Source: Klebsormidium nitens (Eukaryota > Plantae > Klebsormidiophyceae). From it: 64,000 bases of DNA. The stretch lies in contig DF236977.1 in NCBI GenBank assembly GCA_000708835.1, positions 1-64,000 of the forward strand, in the 5' to 3' direction. Position 1 is the stretch's first letter. Each line of letters begins with the position of its first letter. The translations under genes and the position numbers were made by a program. The notes below the pieces were generated by a model. It was given only the letters and a program-made list of their open reading frames with translations, was not told the DNA's origin and did not search any database. Shown piece by piece: positions 36,855-48,700 of this stretch.

Positions 36855-37379
36855 CTTGTCCACTGCTTCGGGTTCTGACATCATCAAATGTCACTAACAA
36901 ATTGCCCAGACAAAAGGTGGTACAATGTGTGTTATGTAGCAGTATCTCCAATGGGATACATTTCGTTCTCAATGCTGCACCCTCGAAAGCACCTAAAATT
37001 TTTGCATAAGTACGCCAATGGCACAACTGAAGGAAGGAGGGTAACACGAATTGTGTGGCCTTACGGATAAACAGCACGATGTTTTGTTGCGGTGGTGTCC
37101 TGATAAACGTCACGCAAAGAAGAGGCGGAGAGGCAGCATAGGTCGCAACCTCATGCGTCTTGTAGCCGCACCATTTGAAAGAAGTAGGACGCGCGCAATC
37201 GCCTGGGCTCACTCTTCACTCTTCGAAGTTCACCCTTCACTCTTCAGAATCACACTTCATTCAGGCTCAGAGACTTCAAAGTGCGAGTGAGTCAGGCCCG
37301 GCCGGGGGCAAAGAGAGACCGCGGACGTCCATAAATTTAATGTCGAGCATCTCGAGTCACTGAGTTGGCACTCAGTGGC

Positions 37380-37927
37380 GCAAAACTATCAAAGTAGACT
37401 CCTTTTGTTAGTGTCTCCGCCACTCTGATTGGTGTGAATCACTCTCAACCCACCTGGAATCTCCTGAAGTGTTGACAATTGTTGCAATCTGTCAGTGGTT
37501 ACGAGAGTGGTTACGACCTTGACAATGAGACTGACATCGACATCGACATCGACATTGACCCGGGGCACTTTCTGTGCCATTAGGGTTACGTTGCAAACCT
37601 GTGACGGTTCACGCCAATCGACGAGCGCTTTGTTAGGGTTACGCCATTTCCAAGTGACATTAGGGTTACTCACTGACAGTGACAACCGGGCAAAATTCTT
37701 TTGGTTTTAGTTTTGTAAGCCACTTATCCCATGACCCGGTTCCATCCGTACTAGAAACCGTACCGCAAGTGTACGGTAAAACCTGACACAGTTTTGTTCA
37801 AAGGACCTGATCTGCCAGTACGGTCCACGCGGATAGCCTGTGAACCAATGATCCCGCGTGTAAGATGTACTCACACTTTTTTGGAGTCTGAGACACTAAC
37901 AAAAGGAGTCTACTTCGTCGTACTAGC
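37380..37927. mobile_element. Mutator-like non-autonomous element (548 bp, 9-bp TSD)
   Basis: CTCAGTGGC is duplicated at 37371-37379 and 37928-37936. A perfect 26-bp inverted repeat AAGTAGACTCCTTTTGTTAGTGTCTC lies at 37392-37417 and 37890-37915, each 12 bp inside the TSD. The element starts GC and ends GC. Confidence 0.8.
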
Positions 37928-38395
37928 CTCAGTGGCAGTACTGGGATTGTCCGAACCGTCCAAAATCTGTGCCCGGCACAATCTGAACGGCCCAGATCCT
38001 GAGGGCCTTGGTTGCAGACCAACACGTAGTCGTCTGTCGAGAGGCCACGTCGTCTGAGCCCTGTGAATACGCAGGTTCCGACTGCAGTGCACACTGTGCA
38101 CAGCACCCTTCAATCAGTCCAATGCCTGAACATGGGCGGCACGATCGACGACTCGATCTGGAAGACCGTGACAGTCTTCAGACTTCTGTGATCTGGACAG
38201 CTTCAGATCAGCATTGCTTTCTAGCTCGACTGATCAAACTTGCAGAATTCTTCACCTCAGCGCTTGTTATTCGAAAGCGCCATTTTAGCTTCACACAGAG
38301 ATCCAACTTCTTACGGCTCGTACGTTGGTCATTCGTCACGCCATATCAAGTGAGAAAGCTGAGGATCGACTAACAGCCAGTTTTAAAAAGGGACC

Positions 38396-41300
38396 ATGGC
38401 TTCCATCGCTTCTGCGGCTCGAGTGGCCGGGGCGCAGTCCCTTGCTTCCTGTGTGGCCAGTGCAAGCTATGGGACGCAACCGCAGGCAAATGCACTCTTT
38501 GTGCCGGCTCTGCCTGCAAAGCAACAAGCTGCTCTTGGGCCCCAATCTCAGGTACTATACGCTCGCTTTCTTCTTTATCAAAGTGCCCTTCTCAACCTGC
38601 ATTTAGGTGATCTGTCTGCAAATGCGCATGTTTTTGTTGTGAGAATCTGGGCAGGCAGCAGTCTCATGCAGATCTCTCTGCGAGCTTTGAAAGCAGTTTC
38701 ATAATGCAGATCTCAACCTTGTTTTGCCGTTGCCTCCAACCCTGCATTTTGCTGGCCATTTTTACCATAGTGGATCTTTGGTTAGCATAGATGGAAGGCA
38801 TGTGGTAATGTAATACCTTGAAAGCTTAGCACCAATTTGAAGTTTCCACTTTCGCAGTAGTACTCCAAGCTTCCCTTTCTCACTTTATATGTTACGCTTT
38901 CTCTCACGGTTTTTGTGTCCATTGGGGGCTTGTTGAAGTGGTTGTGTTCAGCATCCAGGCGCAATGCAAGCTGTAAAAGTATTAAAGCAAAGACAGAGAA
39001 TGAGAGGCACGGAGTGCTGCTCTTTGATTCTGGCACTGCATTGTACCATCGGTATGCCTTCTGACCAGATTTATTAAAATTCCCGCAGGTCGACCTTACC
39101 TCTTCTTTCATTGGCACTGGTCTGCCTAGCCTCAGCAGGCCCGCGAAGAGGATCAAAGCCCAGGCTTCCTCATCGAATAGATCTGCGGTGGTAAGCAGCC
39201 GTCTCTCATTCATAGATGATTGCAGCTGATCAAGGAAATGTTTTACCTGAGCATGAACGCTAGAGACGATGCAAAGTCGCTAGAGTCGCATGACATCGAA
39301 ATCATTAAGTCTCTTGCAACAAGACAAGATGGGCATGTAAAGTAAAACACTCTGCTTCTGGTGGAGTACAGATTCCGCCAAGAATTTTAGGATCCAACTG
39401 TTCTGATAAATGGAAACTGGCCCAGACTCCCTGATTATGCTGTCAGAAGTTGTTAGAGGAAATGTATGAATCCATTGAATTCGGGGATGTCAACAGTATG
39501 CGCCCACTTGTGGCTGCTTTTGCCTATTTGATTGTATTGGGATAGTATTTTACACTAGAGGCGCCCAGTTTCGAAAGTCAGCTGAACTCAGAGACCGATC
39601 AATGCACTGAGTATTGAGTAGTAGTAAGGGGCTTGGCTTATGTACTCGACCCTCGCTGAACCAATTATTAATCTATTTTGGCGTTCCTAGAAAGAAGGCT
39701 GCCAGAATCTCATCCCCCTCTTGTGTCCTTCCGGTGCCGCTGTGCTTTAGATGCCGCTGTGCATTTGCAGTTCATCTGATGCCCGGTTACTGTTACAGGT
39801 TGCCAGGACTGCAGCTGCAGGCAAGCAAATTGAGGTCGACGTAGAAAAGCCCCTTGGTCTCACCCTGGGTCAAAAGTCAAATGGTGGGTCTCTTTCCTCC
39901 GCCTGTTTTCTTGTCTTAGTTTTTACCTGTGAATTCAGCGCTCTCTTGACGCTCAAGTTCAATCTAGAGCTTCCGTTGGAATGAAGCAGTCGGCTGTTTT
40001 CTTAGAGATTGTCTGACGTTGCATAACTCGTGACATACAGGTGTCATCACGATCACACAAGTCTCCGGTAATGCCGCGAAGGCCGGGCTCAAAACCGGTG
40101 ACCAAGTTGTGTATACGTCCTCCTTCTTTGGAGATGAGCTGTGGCCGGCAGACAAGCTCGGTTTCACGCAGACTGCCATCAAGGCCAAGTCCGACTCCGT
40201 GTACTTCGTGGTGCAAAGGTGAGAATCATTGGGCTACCAAACAAAAAGACATGGACATAGTGATTGAGGTCACTGGCGCTTCAGAAGGACAGCGTTACTT
40301 TGCCGACTTGCAAGCGGCCCATGCTGATATTGTAAACGGTGGTGTCGAGTCGATGACATTATACCGAGAGCTGACCTTTGAAGAACGCCTTGATCATAGG
40401 AGAGTATGTTCACTCGTACCATGTTGTGGATGTTGATTCGATCTAGAGCACTGCATTAAGGAATAGCACCAGAGTTTCAGAGTCGACACACGTTTGTTTT
40501 GATGTTAAGACGATCAGGCTGCTGAAGAAGCTGATCTTGCAGGGGTGGAGAACCGGTGAACACCAAGCGGCTGTCCACACGCAAGGCCCCCTCCCGGTTT
40601 GGAAAGCAGCTGACTGCCGCACAGAAGGTGAGCATCGACGAGGACTTGCCGGCGTTTGAAGAGACCGGTCGAGTTGCGAAGTTGCTCGGAAGGAAGGTGC
40701 TTCCGAATCACATTCTTTGGAAATTTGTTCATTGATTTACGAAAGGCTCGGAAGAGGTGGACGGCTGGGAACGAGTTTCTGCAAAAAGACTCTTGACTCT
40801 CATCATATGAAGGCTCTTGCGTATTGGTCGGTAGAGAGTTATGATCTCGGGATTTTAGGCGGTTGGTTGACCAGAAAATTTACCCCGATGGGAGGCAGTC
40901 TCCACTTATATTCGATTATTGGCGGTCTGGGCCTGCTTACATCCGGTAACATCGTGGCGCCTCTCCTTCTGCTATACTCAATGAAAGTGTCATTATTCGG
41001 TCCGACATGCTGACCCGCCGTCATTTTCGCAGGAGCGGGCCACGCACATCTGCTTAGACTGTGGATACATCTACACCCTTGGGAAATCCTTCGAAGATCA
41101 GGTAAGCACGCCAGTCCGCACTCCTGCATTGTCTTAAACGGCGTCCCTCACGCTTCGAGACCACCCTACTGCTTGTTTATTAATTACAGTTTGGGAGCCT
41201 CGCGTTCAGGCCAGATTAATTGCTTCTGCCAGCTAGATTGATTGTTGAATCCAATCGTAGGTCGGAAAAGCATGCTCAAGCACGCGCAGCTAGCATTCCT

Positions 41301-41564
41301 GCCTTTTAGCATTTCTGTTTCTAGCTTCCATTCGACTAAGCTGGACTCTCTAGTTTGTTATCAGTAGTCCTGATATATGGATTCTGCGACTTGCAGCCCG
41401 ACGACTTCCTGTGCCCTCAGTGCCGGGCACCAAAGACGCGCTTTGCTGGATACGACCCCGAGACTGGCAGGGTTTCGGGTGGAGGCACTCCGTTGAGCGT
41501 GTTGATTAGCATCCTTGTCTCAATCAGTGCAATTGGTGGCCTGTTCTATTACCTATCCTTGTAG
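38396..41564 (+). CDS. ENH1: Plastid PDZ + rubredoxin protein (ENH1-like), 6 exons, about 246 aa
   Basis: Exons 38396-38551, 39799-39883, 40041-40218, 40543-40627, 41033-41101 and 41397-41564. It has a transit-peptide-like start, IEVDVEKPLGLTLGQK, GNAAKAGLKTGDQVVYTSSFFGDELWPADKLGF, HICLDCGYIY, FLCPQCRAPK and a C-terminal TM helix. Confidence 0.93.
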
Positions 41565-42776
41565 ATTTTTATAACCAACTAATTGCCAGGTGACAATCTT
41601 AGGCGACAGAATATTTGAAGCGTTGGGGTGAAGTCACACATATACACTTACCGCGGCGCAATTGATCGGACTGAAGCAAAGCATACTTGTACATTCCTTG
41701 CTGCTTTTCAAGGGCTTCCGCAATCTGTTAGTGCATTGCGCTTAGTTCGATTTCGATTCATAAAAAACTAGCCGCCTCCATATATACTTGCCGTCTTTAC
41801 CTCAGCCATGACTCAACATGGTTGCCCTCAGCACATTGGATCGTTCGATCGAATACCATGCATGGATTGTAAGAGTGGGCGGCACATTTGGAGCTGTCGA
41901 GCCGATCAGACTGCAGGACTTCGGGACCCAGCTGGGCGGCCGGGCACGTTTATTGCATGCTAGCAACATGCACAATAAGATCGTCGACCGGCCGCGCGAA
42001 AAAGCACATGCATGCAATTATAAGCTGCTTGCAAGAGTCCTGGCAATGGAGCCCATCCGGAGAACCGATTGGCTCATCTTTTGCCTTTTAAATTTTCCAC
42101 TCTGGAGCTTGAAATGCAATGCTATATAAGCATTGCGTGTATACTATAGTATGTAACTCCGGACAAACTCATCGTCTGTTCTACTATAATTTTCCAGCTT
42201 GAGTCCGCCAGTGCTTGAAGCAATCCGACCATCTACAGCCTTTGCCGCACCGGCCGGCCGCGCCATGCATGCCGCCATCTTTGCATGCCAGATTACAGCT
42301 ATACTAAGCACCCGGCGTGCCAGTAAAGAGTGCCAGCCATGCAACCTATATGCATGAGCCAGACGTACCACGGTGATCAATGATGGTGAGGCTATATGTC
42401 CATAAGAGGACGCGGGCTTCAGGGACGGGTTAAGCCAGATCACCATTAACAAGGGTTTTAGCTAAGCACCTTACGTCTTCGACGCGCACAGTGTTAGCCT
42501 TGGGCCACTTCGCTTCTTGTACTCGTTATGCAGTCTTTACATTAAGCTGTACTAGGATCACTCCAATCTGTGTTCGATGGGACAAATGCAAAGAAAGGCA
42601 GATCATTAAACGGGCTGTTCGTGTGCACATGAGTCAACCACCCTACCTAAGAACGGACCTGTAATAAAACTCTAACATTTAATCACAGCGCAACAATCCT
42701 GTGGCAGAGCTTTTTCGTCTGCATTAGCCACCTTCGTATATCCACTTCCGCTAAGACACAAAACGCAACCTGAGTC

Positions 42777-45700
42777 TTATTCATCCTCCTCTCGGTGGTC
42801 GTAATATGACGGCGACCGCGAGTAGACGGGCATTGACGGCGACCGGAGCGGCGACGCCATCGAGTTCTGACTTCCGGCCCGGCGCATGCTGCGCGCGTTG
42901 AAACCCGCGAACGGCACCAGGTGCGTCTGCAGCTGCTCGACGACTTCCGACATGGTCGGCCGGAATTCCGCTTCCGGCTGCACGCACTCGCTCACAATCT
43001 CGGCGAACTTGAGGAGCGATTTGGCGGGGTAGATGCCCTCCAGCTCCGGGTCCACCATCTCCTGCAGCCGCTCCAAGCTGTGCAGCATCGGCGTGGCCTG
43101 CGTCCAGACCATGGGGCAGCGGTCAGGGGCTGAGGAGCCGTAAGCGACGCAGCGATTTGGACATCTCTCACCCGGAAGGCAAGCAACGGTTATAGAAAGG
43201 AGGTTTCGCGCTGAAGGCAAGGAGAAGTCAAGGGGACGAGGGAGCGGAAGGAGACTGACGTGCAAGAGAAGATAGGACGAGCCCGCCACGAGCCAGGCGG
43301 AGTATAGCCGCCTTCACTCGCTGCAGTCCGGGGGACTGTCAGAAGCACCTGAGTACAGTGCTCCATCGACGAAAATGGGGGGGGGGGGAGAAATCCTGCA
43401 CCCCGAACGAAGCACGGTCAGCCTGTGGGGCAATATGCACTCACCCATCGCACGAGGCTCTGTTCGTAGCGCGGGCGGCTGCTGTCGAGCGGTCGCCTGC
43501 CGGTCATGAGCTCCAGCAGGACCACCCCGAAGCTGTACACGTCAGCCTTCACCGTGTGCTCCCCCGTCATCGAGTACTCGGGGGCCGCATATGCAAACGT
43601 GCCCAGCATCTGCGTCGACAGCTGGGGGGAAGGAGAGAGAAAGGGATGGTGAGTTCCGGCAAAATAGACGGGAGAGTGCGAACGATTACACTGAGAGCTC
43701 TACGCAAGACTGTTCAAATCACTTCGTGGTTAACCGCCCCGACGGATTGAAAAGGGCGTCACAGTTCAAGGCACACTCGTGCATCTGAGTCATCTGACGG
43801 CCCACATCCCATTTGCCTACGGCGACCTAGCTAGCCCATGGAGCAGAAACTGGTCGCCTGAGGGGGGACCGTACCAGGACGCCCTGTTCAAAATGCTTAG
43901 CCTCTCCAGAATTGCTTCCTCTCAGAAGGAGCCGGCGCTGTCACTTTTCAATATTGAAGGCGTCTGCGCTGCCAGACCCGGGGCAGCCCACCTGCTTATC
44001 AGCCCCCTGCGGGAAGAAGCGCGCGACGCCCGAGTCCGCGATCTTGGGCACGAGGTCGTGGTCCAGCAGAATGTTGGACGTCTTGAAGCAGCTGTGCACC
44101 ACGGGGGGCGCCTGGCTGTGCAGGTACTCCAGCCCGCGCGCCATGCCCAGCGCAATCTTCATGCGCGCGTTCCATGTGATTGGCGTCCCAGGCTTGCGGC
44201 CTGAGCGGAAGGCAGAGAGAAACAGAGTGTTAGCATAAGCGTGTAGGGGATGTTCCACGACCATCTTTCCACGTCTAATCAGTCTCAAAACCCACACGTC
44301 AAGGAAGAGGTTAGACGCTGGCGAGGCCTGTTAGCTCACTGCAGCAACCGGCCTTTCAAGAATGGCTCTCCGCTGACTACGAATCCTGCCACGGTGGAAC
44401 CTTGCGTTCAACTAAACAGGACCCGCAAAATGCGTCGTTCATAATGCAAATCTCAAAGAGCCCCGCCGCCTTACCGGTGTCTTTGTCCCCGTGCAGGTGG
44501 TCCTGCAGCGTGCGGTTGGGCACGAACTCGTGGACGAGGATGCGGTTGGTGCCCTCGCAGCAGTAGCCCACCAGGTCGACCACGTGGCCGTGGTGCAGCC
44601 CCGCCAGCACCGCCACCTCGCGCAGAAACTGCTCCTCGCTCTCGCCCACCTTCTGGTCCAGCCGCTTCACCGCAAACTCCTGAGAAGAGAGAAGTTACTC
44701 GTATCATCGATCAACAAGGACAAACCCTTAGCACTACTACCACTATCGAGGTATTGAGAGGAGCCATGCGCGAATTGAGGACACTTGAATTGTCCGAAAG
44801 ACAGCAAGGTAGATACGCGAAGCACAACAGAAAAGCACTGGGAAAACGACTAGCCTCCTGAAAATGAGGTTCGAACATCTCAATTTCTTAAGCACTCAGC
44901 GTTCCATGTAGCTGACAGGAATCGCATGCCCACCTTGTCCTCCATTCCCGCCCTGTAGACTCTCCCGAGCCCCCCCTCGCCGAGCAGGTTGCCCCTCGCA
45001 AAGCTGTTCGTGGCCGTCTGCAGCTCCCGCAGGCTGAAGTTGCGCGCGGGGATGTCTACCACCAGCTTCGACCGGGCCGCAGCCGCCAGGGCATCCGCTC
45101 CTAGATCCAGCGCCGGCGGAGTGCTCTCTCTTTTCTTCCGCGAGAAGAACGACGGGCTCTTCTTAGGGGGGGGGCGAAATCAATGGAGGAGGGGACGGGG
45201 GCAGCGTGGGGGACTTGGCCGAGGGGCTCCTTCCCGGAGGGAGGGGGAGATTGAGATTTGGAGAAGGAGGGGGGATAGCCAGTTCGGCGGGGGGGTTGGA
45301 GGATTGGGCCCATTTTGTGGAGGGAGAACGCGCTGAGACGGCAGCGGCGCGGGGGGTGAAGTTCTCCTGGGGGGGCATGAAGGGCTGCGGCATGGCGACG
45401 GGAGTTGGAGACGAGTAGGCCGGGGCAGGAGCGGGGGCGGGCTTTGACTCAACAGGCATCGGTTCGCCTGCAACAAAGAACAGAAGTCAATGTCAGTTCT
45501 GGGTCCGTGGAGGCACGCTGGATAATCTCCCAGGACAGGGTCAGTTAGACAGCAGCCCAAGCAGCCCCAACGAGTTCACAATGAATTCTTGGAGCCCAAT
45601 CGGTCCTCCAAACTCCAGTTTTGACCACGTTCCAAACGATTTCAAGAGACACAATGCTCTTTTCAGGTTGCAATGGCACAAATTGCGCCAGAGAGTCAAC

Positions 45701-48700
45701 CCAGTGCAGTCCATCTCTAAGTCCGTCTCAAAGTCTATTTCTTAATCAACCAACAAGTCGAGCGAGGTCGGTCTGCATATGGCTCGTAGACGCTGCTTGG
45801 GTGTTCATAACTGAGCAGCACCAATGACAGAAACACGAGAGACATCAAGAATTATCCTACTAGGCACTCTTTAGAGATCTACCGTCTGCGAGGACTTTCA
45901 GATCAGAATTGTTTCGGAAAGTCGGATAAGGGGCTGCCATCATGTTCCAGAAGACGACAGAGACTGATCAACGGCAGGAGAATCTGCGCTTACCTGCTGG
46001 AGCAGGTGCATCGTACACCTGGAGCTCCGTGTGGGGCTTCGCCCCGTAGTCAGCCGCCGGGCTGAACGTCTCGTTTGTATCGCCGTGATTCGAGCGCCGA
46101 GTGACGAGCAGATACGCGCCGATGCACAGCGCGATCAAGAACACAACCACAGCCGCGACGATCCCGCCGATGACCCCGCCAGAGAGACCGCCAGACCCGC
46201 CCGAGCTGGCTGGGACGGGCGTGGGAGCCAATGTCGCGATGCCACCTGGCACAAAAGGATTGGATTGGTTGAGAGGCGAGGTAAGGACCAGCTGGGGATG
46301 TCTTGTTGGGGAAACGCTGACTCTTGAGGAGCACCAGCTAGAATGGCTTTATTTTAGGGGCATGGTAGCAACATGAACAAGCTTGTGCTGTGAGTGAGTC
46401 GTCGCTTCGTGGACTTCTACCTTGACATCCAACACCCAAGCTTGCTGACCCCTGTCAATTGGATATATCTCTTGCAGTGTCCAGAAGACCAACAGATTGC
46501 TAATGAGCAGAGCTTGTGATGTGCTCCAAAAGGTGTGGAATACCTTAAGTTCGACTCCGGTCTTCAACCAGTGCAAGGAAGTAGCAATCATAAAGCCAGT
46601 CGCGCGTCTCATTACTAAAAACAAACGATACCAAAGAAGCCGACTGCTTTTCCAGTTTACACCGCGAACGGCCTGTGGCTCTCACCTGTTGCCGGCGACA
46701 CAAGATCGGTCACAAAGACGTTGCCATAGCGAGCGGCGTCCAGCGCAAGCGGGGTGTTGTTGCCCCCGAGCTTCGACCGGATGTCGGCGACCGTCTGGTT
46801 GTCGAACGAGGTTCCCGTGATGGGGAACAAGTCGGTGTTCACCAGGATGCTGCCCTGCGCGACTCGCGTGATGTTGATCTGGTTGGTGCTGAGCCCGATG
46901 TTTGAGGCCAGGTCGGAGATGAAGGACTGCAAGAAAGAAGGGGAGATACTTAGAATGATCCCTTACGTCAAGTTGTAGCGAAGCTTGAGGGGCGATCCCG
47001 CTTCACGTGCTCTCCTGAACATCGAAAGCGCACCGGCGGTTTTCTGTACTGGGCTACTGTTCTAGAATAACGGAGAAAATTCTGGGGCCGAAAAGTTGGG
47101 CAAAATTGAACCGGCCCGTTCACACGGTTCGGCATGAATCGACACAAAACTTGCCCGGTCCACAAGCATGCAGCTTCAGAAGGGCATCTCTGCTGCGCTT
47201 ACACTCCGTGCCTTACATCGAACGAGCCTACTACAACAGCACCTGCCAATGCTATATCACTTACGAAGCAGATGCACATACTGAATAGCACAAGTTGGCA
47301 CGGGAGGACGTACAAAGCATAAGTAGATGGCGACGTAAATGACACGACCTGCTGTCCCCTCTGCCACGGTTAAAAGGCGGACAAGAGAGCGAGAGGAACA
47401 AGAAATTGGGTCGACTTTTGCTCGAAGATTGGCTGACGTGAAGAAGTGCTTCTCGGCTGATATCAAAAGCCTGCAAGGTCCCACCGTGACAACAACTAAA
47501 GGAGCGTATTCTCACCGTCTGCAGGTCGGGCGTCCAGTCGGGCAGGTTCTTGTCGGCCAGTCGGAAGTTAGCCTGCATGGGGCTCACGCACAGGGGGCTC
47601 CCCGAGAGGCTGCTCACAACGTACCCCGCGGCGCAGGTTAGCGGCGCCGCTGTCGGGGCGGGCGTGGGGGGGGCAAGCGAAGGGGTGGGCAACACAACGA
47701 CGGGGGCGGCGGTGGATGCAATGGGCCCAGGCGTGATGAGAGGGGCGGCGATGGGAGCAGGCGCGGGGCTGGGGGCAAACGCAACTGCAACAGAAGGAGA
47801 AATCCAGATGTCTGTCCAGTCTTCCGTCAAGATTGACGGTTTCTCAAGGACGATCGCTTTCAGTAGGACCGTAGAGAAACGATGCCTCTACACACCATTG
47901 AAACCACCTCGTAGCAACGATCTGACTCCTCCTCTACAAAGAAGAACCTCATTTTAATGGCAAATCTAAATACCGACGTGGGTAATAGCAGGCAAATGCT
48001 TCGATCTTCTTTACTGTCGCGACCTGCCTCTTTCCTGATCAAAGAAGGCCTGCTTGGCGACCCCTCCAACATAAGCGAGCGTTTGTGTCTCCAAGTTGGT
48101 CTTGCTTTCCCTCCCACATTCGGCGCTGAGATGAAACCCTCTAGTGCATGAGCCTACACGGCCTTCTCAGTAGTTATTACCACCCTCAGAAACACCTCTT
48201 GTGATTTACCAAGACAAATTGTCCTTTTAGAAGGCTGTGGGGCAAGAAGGAGTGCACCGATTCAACACGGAAGCTTTTACCCTGGGTGTCGTCAAGTCCG
48301 CTCAAGAGCGCTCTCATGCACGATTAAGCGTATGAACATACGCTTACGAGCCTCCAGCGACGTCCATGATCATATGTTTGTGCTCAGGGCACGTAAACAC
48401 CGTCCCCAGCTGCTCCAACGTCACACCCGGGTTGATCCGCCAAAAGTTGGTCCAGCCGCCAAATGAAATCTTGCTGTTCAGATGATCTTAAACAAGTCTA
48501 GGGAGTCGCCTTACCTGCAGCGGGGGCCGGGGCGGGCGCCTGGCCAATGCACAGGGGGCCGGGGGTCCTCAAGCAGCCACCGCCCTGGCACACGAACCCG
48601 ATCTGGTAGCTGCAGAAGTCGTTCGGGGTGTACCTGCAATCAAAGAAATGTACAACAATTGACGATATGAAGCCTGACACATTAGAATCTGCAGCAGAAC

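Noticed and set aside
47106-47288. Plus-strand Tyr/Cys-rich ORF ([12 protein letters not shown]) inside the RLK intron
   Set aside because: Short, with no start context, splice support or known motif.
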